NCBI GenBank assembly: GCA_026023565.1
Contig: JAPETS010000020.1
Coordinates: forward strand, 434,001-498,000
DNA: 64,000 nucleotides
Direction of reading: 5' to 3'
Source of the DNA: Cirrosporium novae-zelandiae
Taxonomy: Eukaryota
The translations under genes were made by a program, and so were the position numbers. Positions 23,437-35,756 of the stretch are shown here, one piece after another. The first letter of the stretch is position 1, and each line of letters opens with the position of its first letter. A model generated the notes under the pieces. It worked only from the letters and a program-made list of their open reading frames with translations. It was not told the DNA's origin and searched no databases.

Positions 23437-23784
23437 CTACAGTCCATGTTTGCTTCCATCATCCTTCATCGTGACTCTGGTGGTGTTTTCTGATGGTGGT
23501 TTTGGTGCAGTCTCTGGTGCTGTTCCTGGTGCTGTTCCTGGTGCTGTCCTTGGTGGTGACTCTGGTGGTGACTCTGGTGGTGTTTCTCCTTTACACGATG
23601 GACAATCAATCCTCGGATCATCCTCCTGCAGGATATGTACATCCTCTCTCTGACGACAAGTAACTCCAGTTCGACGGGTCACAGCAGCATGGCATCTTAC
23701 AAGATGCTTCAGTCGTAGCGGATCTTCTCCCTTCGCCCCATGTCCGTTCGAGCATCGGTATCTTGCATAGACATTCTGACACAT
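23437..23784 (-). CDS. Small Cys/His-rich protein with Pro-rich repeat tail (115 aa); 5'-UTR intron 23838-23785
   Basis: A GTAAGC..CTAAC..TAG intron ends immediately before the ATG, and a TATA-like run lies at ~23972-23980. Pattern MCxxxxxxxxCxxGH..C..C..CPSC, with 12-nt repeats encoding PPES and TAPG. Confidence 0.55.
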   Translation of the reverse strand: MCQNVYARYRCSNGHGAKGEDPLRLKHLVRCHAAVTRRTGVTCRQREDVHILQEDDPRIDCPSCKGETPPESPPESPPRTAPGTAPGTAPETAPKPPSENTTRVTMKDDGSKHGL

Positions 23785-24889
23785 CTATTTTTGAAGTTAG
23801 AATCATTCTGGTTACGTTCGCGTTCAAAAAGTGCTTACCTTTGCTTGGGGGAATGTTGAATTATGTTAATTAACGCTGTCTCAAAAGAAATGACCTGTTC
23901 GAAACTTGTTAGACTTAAGACTGAGTATGGCTTCTGTGGGCCATCTCACTTATTCACAAGAGCGAAGACAGTATATATAAGTTGAACTTGGATTGACTTA
24001 ACAGTCTGAATTCAGTAAGTAAGATATGATGCCCGAGGAAGAAAAAGTTGGAACAAAGGAATCATATTCTCCCACCTACCGCTAATTTAAGAGAATGTCT
24101 GATCCATCACCATACTGTTGGCAAGTACACTGGAGATCAATACGCTCTCCTGATCGGCGAGCGCTCTTGCCAATAACCGCCCAAAGGAACAGCTGTTAGA
24201 CTTATGGCTGTGTTGAATGCATTGATTTAAGCATCATCATAATCACCATCATAGACCATGATAATAAATCAACATCGAGGAAACCACGACGGTATTTAAA
24301 AATCGAAAGAACAACATTTAAAACAGCAACTTCTGAGGCAGGCGGTGCATGCATCTTCGATAGCTACAACCCGCAAGATCTTGTGTCTACACGCCCCGGT
24401 ATGCTCATTGCCCCCTATAAGGCTAGCAACTTCGACTCAACCATATATATTTTTTTCTTTCACCAATATCCAGAGTTTCACAAACAACAGCGCGTGAGCA
24501 ATGGAATCGGAGCAAGTGCCGACAACGCTAAAAACGGATAATTTTTCCCATTTTCGAGTAAATAATAAATGATAGGACTATTAGTGTATATATAACGAGC
24601 ACACTTTTCAACCCAGTTGTTGTTGTTGTTGAAAAGTAAACTGTTTTGCCTTGGGTGGCAAATGATGGGTAATGAGGTTTGGAGACGTTGCACCGAATAT
24701 ATTTTATATTAGGGTATAGGAGTATTTCAGCGATGAAAAGGTAAATGAAGGCGAATGAATAAATGAATGAATGTTGAGCTGTTCCATGATTGTGTTCAAG
24801 TATAGATTGTTGCAATTTCTTTGTTCTGACCAAGTGAAATTATTTTCGATTCTAATACCACTCTAGTAAACCCTCCCCTATGGACAACA

Positions 24890-27347
24890 TTATCCCATCC
24901 CACGCATTTTGACCTTCATCTTCCGAATCTTTCTTTCCATGTTTTCCTCATACTCCTTCATCCCATTTTCTAGTCTCACCAATTTACCTGCCTTGAGATG
25001 ATATACAACACCTGTTTGTTGGAGTTCTTCATCATCGCTATCACTCTCATTATCATTATTTTCTTTCTCTCCTTCAATTACACGTCTAATAAACCATCTA
25101 TCATGGCTCACAACACACAGTGCAGTTTTCCATGACTCTAACTCCTCGGCAAGGGCAGTTATTGTGTCAGCATCCAAGTGTGTCGTAACTTCATCCAACA
25201 CCAGTAGGTGCGGGCGTTTTCTTGTCACCTCAGCCAAAGCAACTCGAACCTTTTGCCCGCCAGATAGAACTTGAAGTGGGACATCAGCTGCAACTCTACC
25301 ACGCAAGCCAAGCTCGCCTAGAATACCACGAGCCTCAGATTCAGTTAGCTGCTCGTCGTCTTCGCTTGCTGAATTATGCAGGAGATATGAGAGTGCGGTC
25401 AGAGATGGATCGGCAAGACTAAGCTCCGTGAGATCCTCAACTGCTTGCTGAGAAAACACGCTAATTCGAGCACGAGGATGGCGTGTTGCTGTTCCTGAAC
25501 CGGGGTTCAAGCTTCCGGCCATGAGTTTAATCAGGGTAGATTTGCCAGCCCCATTAAGCCCAACAATTGCAATACGATCAGAAGGATGGATTACTAAATT
25601 AATGGAAGAGAGGACGCTTGTCTTTGCTTCGGGATACCGATAAGCGACCGTCTCAAACGAAACAATGGGGCCAGGAAAACGAAGGGAAGGTGGTACTGCT
25701 GAGAGAACAATGGAAACTGGAGGGTCCATATCCGGAATCTCGATATCAGCTCGTGCAGTCAAATGGCAACCGACGAGATCGCGATTAAGCTTGAATCGGG
25801 TTCCTTTGGCGGAAATTTCAAGTCCGTTCCGTTCCTCGAGTTTCTTTCTCCTTGAAGCTGCTTGTTTCAACTTCTTGTCATCACCAGTGCGTTTTGCAGA
25901 ACGTATATTAGAGGAAATAGTGTCCTCCATGTGTTTATTCTTCTTATCTTGGGCTTGTTTCATCCGAGTCATCCGCTTTATCTGTTGATGGCGGTTATTC
26001 TCGTAGGCAGAGAGATTACCCTTGAAGGTTTCCAATTTATGTTCAGGTACCAGCTTCAGTAGGATAAGTTCTTGTCCAACTGCGTCCGCGAAATCTCGGT
26101 CATGTGTAACAACTACAACTGAAGTGGCCGGCAGATTCGTTGTGATGTGATATTGTAGCCAGATAACGGCAGGAAGATCGAGGTAGTTTGTAGGCTCATC
26201 CAAAAGTAGAATATCCGTCTCCTGGGTAAGTGCACACGCAAGATCACACCGAGTTCGCCAACCACCGGATAAGGCAGAAACAGGCTGGCCAATCATTGTT
26301 GTGGAGAATCCAAGCCCAAGTAAGACAATACGGGCTTTGGAGTCAGCACCAGAAGCATCCATTGATTCAAGTGAAAGGCGGAGGTTGTCTAGGTATTCGG
26401 TCGCAGCATTCATTTCTTCCTGAAAATTTGCAGTATCAACTTGCACATCGTTTTGTTCCGCTCTAGGACACTCGAATCAGTTTCCCCAATCCAGTTACCA
26501 AGACAAACGTACAATTGTTTGTAGTTTTCCACCTGCTCTTCCATCTTCCTAAGAGTTTGGCGGGCCCTAAGGCCGCGAGCTCCAGTCCGCTGTGAGTCAG
26601 CCTGCTGCCGTTGAAATAAATCACGTTGTGACTGCTCATAATTAAGCTGTCGTAATACTTTTATAGCTGCTAAAGAATCCTTCGTATTATCCAGGGCAGA
26701 GGATAGCACTTTGGAATAATCAGTTCAAAATCCTAAGGTTGCAATGCCCAGCTCAAACAGAATAAAGGATTAACCTCACAATCGGCTTCTCGTAGGATAG
26801 ACTGTCGTCTCTTATTGCTTCGTACAACATACTCGAGGACCATCTCAGAATTCTTATTGTCGGAAGCGGATCCAAGCCCTTCTCCATCATCACGAAATTC
26901 AGTTCGGGATTGGCCGAGTAGAAGAATACGCAGATTCCACGGAATATCAGGAATTCGGTTCTCTGCAAGGGCTTTCAATAATGCTGCATTATGATCTCAG
27001 TCAAATCTCATAAAGATTATCTAGAAGATGAGGGTCCAACTTGATTTTCCTGTCCCATTCCTTCCAACTAATACGTAATGCACTCCTTCTTTGATTCTAA
27101 GCGCTGCACGTTCAAGTATCCTCTTCTCTCCGACTGAAATACTCAAGTCTTTAACGTCAACCTAAATCGTGGACTCATAGATCATCAGCAGGTCTTACAG
27201 TACTACTTATGAGATCAAGGGAGGTAAACTGACTTCCTTAGAATTAGGTGCATCATTTGCAGCGACGTGGAAACGACTCTGCTGAGAAGTAACGGTTACT
27301 TCCGAGCCAATGGCAGTGATAGCTTTTGTCTTGCTTCCTTTCGGCAT
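24890..27347 (-). CDS. ABC-F family (non-transport, dual ATPase) protein, multi-exon
   Basis: Exon 1 MPKGSK..VTSQQSRF. NBD1 has GRNGTGKS, LSGGWR and LLLDEPTN; NBD2 has GLNGAGKS, LSGGQK and LVLDEVTTHLD. No TM segments. Confidence 0.88.
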
Positions 27348-27741
27348 GTTTCACAGATTCTGTCAATAGCCAATGAATCAAATATATGACACAACTAAAG
27401 AAAAAAAGAAATCAAGTCAATGTCTTGACCGAGAATAAAGAAAAGGTATCAACAGATGCAGCTTTAAGCATTTATTTCATCGTAAACAATCTACCTTTGG
27501 TCCGTCCTGTGTACCTGAAAGGGCAATATTGATTGACTTCTGTGACCCCCCTTCGAGGGATGTTGGTGACTCAGTGAAGCCACGTTTCATAGTAATGTGC
27601 TTGTCAAATGCTTCACTTTGGTATAGTGCCTCTATGAGTCACTAGCAATGAATTAATTCTTTGTTTTGAGGTCTCAATTGTATGCAGGTGGTAGAAGCAA
27701 AGTCGACCTTTTGACGGGCATTAAGGGAGGTCTTTGCTTGG

Positions 27742-27774
27742 CGGCCCTACGATCGGCCCTACGATCAGCCCTAC
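27742..27774. repeat. 12-nt tandem repeat CGGCCCTACGAT (about 3 copies) upstream of the ABC-F gene
   Basis: cggccctacgat cggccctacgat cagccctac. Confidence 0.7.
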
Positions 27775-28155
27775 TAGGGATTATTGAGCACCGAAATATT
27801 TGCCTTAGGCGTGAGAATTACGTTTTCCCCTAAAAATAGACTCTTATAATAGTGTTACAGCTCATAATTGAGGCATATTTTATTTCTCGTCTGAATAGGA
27901 TAATAAACTTGGGTATTTTTAATCTAGAGCAGGGCAAAAGTAGAAACCAAGGACAAATGAAAGAGAAAATAACTAAAACAACCTATCAACAACATCCCAG
28001 GGAACCTTGCTAATATCTAGACAATCGAAAGCCAGAAATCAATCCGGGCATGTCGAACAACACAGGAAACAGAGACAAAATGTATCAAAAGAGTGCTTAA
28101 ACCTTTGCAGTTTTTAGGTGGGCATTTGGTACAACCACCCGTAAAAGAAATCATC

Positions 28156-29389
28156 TCAAACTTCCTCCGAATCCCGTTCCTTTTCTGCATTACGCCTTAG
28201 TCGGAATATTGGTTTCTTTGGCCTTGCTTGCTCACCTTCAACAAGAGGCGCGGAGTCCATCCTGGGAATCAGCTCCGCTGGGTTAAAAATATTGAAAACG
28301 ATAACACAAGAGGCCATCATGGTGCCATCAAGCGCAATAAAGTATCCTTCATGCTCGATCAAGTATCCCCTCCAACCTTGAAGCAATTCAATAGTTCGAT
28401 AAATGCTTCTTATGACAATCATAACTATAGCCCAGATAGTGGCACCAAGCAAAAGCTGTACTTTTCTCTCTTTTAGAGCAGGCACCTTGAGTTTGAAAGC
28501 ACGGAACACCACGAGGAAGAATAGCCATGTGAAGACTAGGACGGAGGCTAATTGGAAAACGATACCAGCAACCATGGTGTGTGTTCCAATGGCCGTATCC
28601 CCATCATTGTTCAAAGCGACCGAGGCGCTGCCTCCACCAACAGCCTGGACGACAAGGGATATCGTATCAATAGTGCAGAAAATGTAGAGATAGAGTTTAG
28701 GAGATAAGGGAGAGGTATCTTGTCCAAATACATAAATCAGGCGACCGAGTATCACGTAAATTCCGGCAGTAAAAAACGTAGGTGCTGTCAGAATAAACAT
28801 GTCAGTCTCAGATGAATAAATTCAAAAGGCTATAAACTTTTGCACAAGCAGAACCATCAGCCCAAAACTGAGACGACCTCACTAAAAGAGATCCCCTTGA
28901 AATTTAATGAAAACGTTCACACACCAATGATCAAGGTTGATATTTGCATAAGAAAGGGTTTCTGGTCGTAGGGACACTTTGCGGACCATGTTCTAGCGAC
29001 CCAACCAAGGACTTCAGCTATCGGTATCGTTAGTACACATTATCAAACCCATAGAAATTTCCAAGGAGAAATGAGCCACAACTATCATGGAAGTCTAGAA
29101 ACAGAATAGAAGCCTCTTACGGCCTAATATTCACCAACCACCTCCTAGTAGCTTTGAGTGGCCTCCGGGGGAAACTTGACAGTAACAAGATAAACATACC
29201 AAGAGCACCAATAGCAAATACTAAAAGCCACCATCGTTTCCGTCGTACAGCCTCAACGATATGACCGATCATTGACAGGCCAAAGAGAACACAGAAGGCA
29301 GCTCCAGCCCCCAGAGAAGGTTTGTATCCATACTGGTTGTTCACACCGTCGACCCAGGCGTGACAGCCCGAAGTGAGAGAGTTAACCAT
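28156..29389 (-). CDS. RTA1-family 7-TM lipid-translocating/resistance protein (3 exons: 29389-29200, 29017-28925, 28784-28156)
   Basis: YGYKPSLG, EVLGWVAR, APTFFTAGIYVILGR, DTISLVVQAVGG, IRSIYRTIEL..GWRGYL..HEGYFIALDG. Confidence 0.88.
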
Positions 29390-30279
29390 ATTATAAGGGG
29401 AAGGTTGAGTGAGGAAGAGACGGTGATTTAATCAATATAGGCCTTGTAGATTACCAAATTCAAAAGAGAAGCTTATGGATATATATTCAACAAGGAAAGA
29501 ATGTGAGCGACAAGGCTAAAGAAAGATATATTAACAACATGGAGAGAAAGTACCATGTATATAAGAAACAAGTAGTAGGGGGGAGGGGTATACGACCGAG
29601 CCAGTAAAAATACATAGCGAGTCAGTGTGGGAGACAGAGACTTAGGAGAAAGCCAATTACCAGTTCTAGTGGTAAGACGGGGTGAAAAAATCCTACACAA
29701 TGGTAGGGTTGATATCAGAGCACCTTGAATCCTCCTGGGTCAAGATAAAGCAGAATGACGCGGGAATTGGGAAAAAGCCACCGCTTTTCCCGCAGTTAGG
29801 GTCCGTGGGACAATTATTTCCCCGCGCTGGTCTCTGAACATATTTTAATTTGCCTCCTCGTAAATTCAGAAAAGCTTGAACCAACTCATTAATTACTGTT
29901 CATAAATCTATGCGTCTGAAAAATTTATAATTTATATCTCGTATAGCTGATGTTGTGTACTATGTATTAGTTTCCACCTCACTCCTTCTCATTTGCGATA
30001 TCACCACCAGCTAATTCTACGAAGGCGCTCCACCCAGCCTCACCTCGTCAATCTAAGTCCCTTGTCGTAAATCTTTCCCCAGGGGGTTGGATTCTTCGAA
30101 ACACGTAAACTATACCTAGTCGGGCTTAGCAGAAATAACTCTAATTACTACTATTATTATTGATTCAAACGATCCACAGTATCTGTCCCACCTTTCTGGC
30201 ACCAATCAGTCCAACAGCAATGCACCGTCTGATAGTCTCACGGATATCGATATGAAGTCGAATCGGTCGGTTGCAAGTA

Positions 30280-32165
30280 TTATGGAGGGGGGGAATGGTC
30301 TGCACCCACGCCCAAAGCCGATACGGAAGTCTTCTCCTTAGCGAGCATAGACGCGCAATGCTCAAAAATATTGTATGAGAAGTTCCACTCGTAGAATTCC
30401 TGCGGGTTTGCTAATTTATATTGTTATTGTGAGCCATGCTCATACTTAGGTGGTGGCGAAAGCAATGTTAACCCTCGGGATATACATACACGGCACTACT
30501 TCCCCATCGGGGAGATACTTTGCTGCTTTATCTTTGATCCTATCAGCCTCCTCTTGACCTACAAGAGAAAATATCTGAAGAAGAGAGGCGCGAGGTTTTC
30601 GGATGGATTCGAAAAGGGCTAGGCGAGATGTGATGTCTGCTAGCTTTGCTGATAAAAGGGGGGGAGAGAAGATAAGGCTGAGAGCAGCACCGTCTTCAAT
30701 TGCTTGGGCGCCACCCTGACCTTGGTCTTTCGGGCATGGGGGGTTAGCAAATACCTCTGATGCTAAAATATATTTACATACGGGGCAACATTGGGTGTGC
30801 AGCATCGCCAATTACGACGAGACGAGAGCGGTACCACGTTGGGATTGGCTCCCTGTATAGAAGTTTCCAGAGTTTGAAGTCCGTACCCTTGCTGAAATGA
30901 ATGGTAAGTCAGTATCAAAACGTTGCTTTGAGACAGTTAAAATGTACATACCTGCAAATCCTCAGTAAATCAGGATGAAAGTTCCCAAATTCAGCGAGAA
31001 ATTCTGATACCGACGTTTTGACATTCCATTCTGGTAAACATTAATAGCCGTGAGACATTATGAACTAAAATATTCAACGAGAATAGAAATAGGTACCTTC
31101 TCGAGCACGAGATATGCTGCTGTCAGGATGGATTGCGGCAAAGTTTTGCATCTGGCTCCTTTTCAAAGTGAATGAGTCAAATGTACTAAGAAATAAATCC
31201 CTTGGAAAGAAGAATATTCCAGTACTTACTTACGACAAGGGTACCAAACCACTCTCTTGTCTCCCTCCCCAAGAAATAGCTTCATGGAGCCGTCATATTT
31301 CAATATTCTTTGACAAGTTTCATCTTGGGCAATGTCTTCGGTAGGAATAAGAAATCGGAAAGCTGACATATTCGTGGGAACAGCGGGTACTGGTTGACCT
31401 AGTACTATGTTCGATGCAAAAGAATGAACGCCATCAGCAGCTATAATGAGGTCTCCGTGTAGGATAGAAGAGTCTTCAAGGGTAATTGTGCCGGCCTCGG
31501 GGTCCTGAAACGTGTTCCCATCAGTAAAGCAGATAAACATACCCCAGATTAACATACAATGTCCTTGACACAAGTCTTGACAAGAATCTTAACCGGAGCA
31601 CCGTCTCCGTCCTGTTGGGTTGCTAAAAGTTTCAATTCCCCGTGTAAATCTGCTCTGTGGCAAAAAAACCACGGTGCTCCATAATTTTCTTCAATTGTGG
31701 TAAGGTCTTTCGGGACACCGATAAGTTCTAATGTCTTGCCATCAAAGTTTACAGCCTAAATGTAATCGGCCTATGGTCAGATAGAAGCTCTTCAATATAA
31801 TATGACACCCATCCACGTTCCAACTTGAAGAGGATTTAAGAGGCTAGGCAGGAAGATTAAGCCAAAAGATTTGTTGAGCATCGCAGCTCAATTTTAACTA
31901 ACCACACGAGCAAGGTCCACCATTGCACGCTCAAAGTCAAATCCCCATTGTGATAGAATTCTCGAAGCATTCGGTGGTATATGAATAGCAGCTCCCACTT
32001 CGTTCAAGGACGAAGACTTTTCGACTACCTATTATCACCCGTTAAGTTCAACAGCGACACAGAAATTAGTGCTATAGAGCGTACCACAACTGTGTGCCCG
32101 GCTCTTCGAAGGCCGATTGCTGCTGCCAGTCCAGCAATGCCAGCACCAACAATGATAACATCCAT
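30280..32165 (-). CDS. FAD-dependent monooxygenase (salicylate hydroxylase-like, group A), many introns
   Basis: [13 protein letters not shown] (GxGxxG), [28 protein letters not shown] and [22 protein letters not shown]. The last exon ends at TAA 30280. Confidence 0.88.
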
Positions 32166-32577
32166 AACCAGTCCACGGATAATTTATGGTTCAAACTGTA
32201 AAAGAAAGGATATAGAAGAATAGTTTCAGATAAGGAATAATTCAAGGACCAATGTATGGAAAGGCGTAATAATAAAAATGAAGTTGGGTTTGGGGGATGA
32301 TTACATGTATTTAACCTATGGATTGACAGCACGACGAGAGACATCAACGTCACCGAGAAGTATCCGATTGCTGGGATCTCCATTCGTACATCAAATAGTC
32401 TCAGATGGGATAACAAGTGATAAGCAGACATGAAATAGACTCTTGTACGCGTGATAGTAAAGATTATGCTGCATAAAAGAGGCGCTAAAGCTTATACGCA
32501 GTAGTCTAAGTTACATGGGCATAAGTACCTTAACCTTATATCACGACAGCTTACTTCACAACCCTTGCTTCAAACCT

Positions 32578-33372
32578 TTACACAATGACCGTCTTCTCAT
32601 TAAATCCTGTCGATTGACTGAAGTAGTATCCCCTTTGATTCGCAATAATCCTTTTCCCGGTAATGGGGTCCACGAAATCGCAATTGAAATGTGTATGGCC
32701 AAAGGCCCACACCTTGACACTTTGGCTGGTCCAGCAGACCTCATCAGCCAAGTCAGATGAGAACGCCGAGGAAATCCTACTGTCGGCATGAGCGGGATCG
32801 ACAGCCTGAGAGCTAATAGTTGGGCAGTAGTGAGTAAGGATGATTATTTTCCGATGAGGTTCGCACTCTGTTATCGACTTAACATGAGCATTTAGCCAGT
32901 TTAGGTCCTCCATGTGTGCCTCGCTGTGGCGCGCAACCGACCAGTTATCGATATAGTAGAAGTCATTGAGTCCAAAGCTGACACTCTCAGACTGTGATGC
33001 TAAAATGTTTGAAAACAATGTGCAGCCCAAGATGGTAATGTCGGATGAGAGGTCATACCGAGTCTGGTCCAAGAAGATGAAGATTCCAAAACTCTCGTCC
33101 GTATACTTTTCGCGAGTCTCTCTTTCGAATTGTTGTATCTTTTGCTTGGCTGTTGCCCAGCTGCTATGATATGGCTCGTAATTGCCGAGGAGGATAAATA
33201 CAACTTTGAATTTAGTTAATTGTCTCTCAATGAAGGAGAAGTATCCGTCGTCTTGTATACAGCCAATGTCGCCCAGCAGCGCGAGGCAAGGTGCCACAGG
33301 AGCGATTTCAAAAATATCATAGCTTTTAGGCGCCTCGAGATGAAGATTGGATAGAAGTTGTATTACAGACAT
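32578..33372 (-). CDS. Calcineurin-like metallophosphoesterase, two motif residues substituted (possibly inactive)
   Basis: Motifs S[N]LHLE (usually SDLH), LLGDIG, GN[Y]EPY (usually GNHE), LGCTLFS, LTHY and FGHTH. Confidence 0.8.
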   Translation of the reverse strand: MSVIQLLSNLHLEAPKSYDIFEIAPVAPCLALLGDIGCIQDDGYFSFIERQLTKFKVVFILLGNYEPYHSSWATAKQKIQQFERETREKYTDESFGIFIFLDQTRYDLSSDITILGCTLFSNILASQSESVSFGLNDFYYIDNWSVARHSEAHMEDLNWLNAHVKSITECEPHRKIIILTHYCPTISSQAVDPAHADSRISSAFSSDLADEVCWTSQSVKVWAFGHTHFNCDFVDPITGKRIIANQRGYYFSQSTGFNEKTVIV

Positions 33373-33790
33373 TGGTTATTATCTTGAGAATACTTAATCT
33401 ATCTATATAAATAAGTTTATTACAGTGAAACGTTTCCATATAAGGCTGGAGCTATAAACATATAGTTTGGCCCTTAAGAACTCTTTTACGCCCCGTGCAC
33501 GGATTTTGAAAAGTAAAATATGCTTTATATTGGAGCATCTTCGGCCCTTCTACTTAATAAGTAAGAGGAAATAGTCTAGGCGAATCATCATAATTAGTAC
33601 TTTCCAGTTATTAATGAACATATACCTAGAATCTATAAATTCATCAGGAGGGTCGAGGGTCTTATACATCATCTCAAGGCTGTTGTGTTACACTAACCTT
33701 TGCTGCTCTGATTTTTTTCATGGAAGTACCTTGCTTCAGTGAATACACTCTGTTAAACACCATGCAAAATATTTTAACTCTCTTATAGCC

Positions 33791-34574
33791 ATGATTGAAT
33801 TCAGTCTCGACACTACTGTCATCAACGAAACCCTAGTTGGAAATATAGCCCGTGTTCTAGGCAGCAAAAAGATACCTTGCGTCTTATGGGGGAACTATCT
33901 CCTCACAATTTATGGAGTTCCATCAATCGTTGACGTTGGTTTCCCCCTTCCTTTCCTTTGTCGATGTTATAATTGACATTCCCTAGTCGATCGACTTCGT
34001 CGTGCCAGACGAACTAGTCCCAGCAGCAGTGTCGGCCCTTCAGCATACCAGTCTGGGAGGTTGCACAGAGCCCAAAACATGTACCGCAGTCGCTGAGTCG
34101 CGGCCATCCCCCATCCCGGTAGCTCATTTCCATATCGACTCCGAGATCACGGTATCACTCTATAAGAAGTCGTCGATGCTATGGTTCCTCCCCTCTTTGA
34201 GACTTTCCCCTAGCCCCAACAACACTGCGCCAGACATCATTCTGGCAACTGACTCTCGTCTCCCACCTCCAAGGCTGGGCCGCGGACATGGTGCTTTTCA
34301 AGCCGATTGCTTTCCCGTATGTGTGCCGAGTGCACATCGCCTCTTGGAAGCTTACATACGGCTTATTGCAAGGACTCATGGGCGATCATACGAGTACTTT
34401 TGGATGGCCATGCTGACCTACATCGAGGAGTATGTGGATGGGGATGGCCTGTTAGATGAAGCGAGTTTGGAGAAGCGGTGTCGGATATTCTATCAAGAAC
34501 TTAAGAAATGCAAAAGACCTGTTGCAACGCTACTCGAGGAGCTTAAGGCCAATTTAGCCAGATCTATGGATTGA
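33791..34574 (+). CDS. Hypothetical protein with a nucleotidyltransferase-like N-terminus; intron 33935-33986
   Basis: A GTTGGT..TTGAC..TAG intron joins the two ORFs in frame, giving IPCVLWGNYLLTIYGVPSIVD|SIDFVVPD. Confidence 0.68.
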
Positions 34575-35130
34575 GTGCATTGTGGATATTAGGTTAGTGG
34601 AGGTCATAGGGGTGGCAGATCAACGGGTAGGGAAGAATGCGGAGGTGGCAATGGGTTGCAGCAGTTTTGATCTTCAAGACAGGGAACTCTGGTCGGATAT
34701 GTGATTAGCTACCGTATGCAATAGTATATACAAAGTCCAGACAGCTTCTAGAATTTGGGCCTGGGGCCAGTACCTACCTGTATTTAATGCTTAATAATGC
34801 CAAGAACTTCCACCCCTAAAGGGGTGAGCATCTTTATCGCTTGTATAGCTTAATGACTTAACCATCTAAACTCCTAGTGCTACGTGATGACAATGTGTTG
34901 AAATAGACAACAATTAAATAATGATGGGAACAAACAAAACAAACAGTATTAATATGGAATATTCACGCGCACAACTAGCAGGTGCACGGACCTCATATTA
35001 TGTCATCGATACAATCAACGCGTTTCCCCATGCCCCTCATCTCAATTGACACAAGACCCAAAAAACAATCAACCACACCAGAACAACCAAGCCTATCACA
35101 GACAAAAAAAAGAAAGAGCACCGAATAATA

Positions 35131-35733
35131 ATGCCACTATCGAGCTCCAAATCATCCTCCCCCTCCCACCCATATCCAACAACCCACATCCCCAAAAAGC
35201 AGCTCACGCCGATCGAGCGGGCCATGATAATCGGCGCCCACAAATGCTCTGCCTCCTACACCCTCATATCCGCCCGCCTCGGTTTCCCCCGCAGCACCAT
35301 CCACAATACCATCAAGAACGCCACCGTTCGCGAGAGCTGCTGCATGTCCCGTCCGCGGCCCGGTCGTCCCAAGAAGCTTGATAAGGGGGACCGGGAGAGG
35401 ATCGTGGAGGCCATAGAGCGGAATCCGAAGGTTACGAATAATGAATTGAGGGAGATTATAGGGGCGAGCGTGTGCAATCGGACTTTGATGCGGTTTCGGA
35501 AGGAGATGAGGGTTGCGAGGGCGCGGGAGGGTGGGGGGGATGGTTTGGATGGTGGACACAACGAGAGAGGGAAGAGGAGAGAGGAGAGTGCAGCTGGTAT
35601 TGGTTGCACTGATTCTGTGGTTCATGAATACCCCATCACTCCGAGCCATAGTCTAGATGGAAACACTTTTTTACCTGCAGATTTACAGCAACTTGCCGAC
35701 TTTCACGGCATGGAAGGGGCTCTGGAAAGCTAA
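35131..35733 (+). CDS. Tc1/mariner-type bipartite HTH DNA-binding protein lacking the DDE domain (transposase-derived)
   Basis: LTPIERAMIIG..ISARLGFPRSTIHNTIK, a GRPKK linker, and a second HTH PKVTNNEL..VCNRTL. The ORF ends without a catalytic domain. Confidence 0.65.
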   Translation: MPLSSSKSSSPSHPYPTTHIPKKQLTPIERAMIIGAHKCSASYTLISARLGFPRSTIHNTIKNATVRESCCMSRPRPGRPKKLDKGDRERIVEAIERNPKVTNNELREIIGASVCNRTLMRFRKEMRVARAREGGGDGLDGGHNERGKRREESAAGIGCTDSVVHEYPITPSHSLDGNTFLPADLQQLADFHGMEGALES

Positions 35734-35756
35734 TATATAACGATACAGACTTTCGG

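Noticed and set aside
21748..27774. Short direct repeats as a CRISPR-like array
   Set aside because: They are contiguous 9-15 nt tandem units with no unique spacers, in eukaryotic DNA with no cas genes.
35152..35649. 165-aa antisense ORF and the many other short overlapping ORFs in the track
   Set aside because: Shadow frames of real genes or products of low-complexity DNA, with no motifs or splice support.
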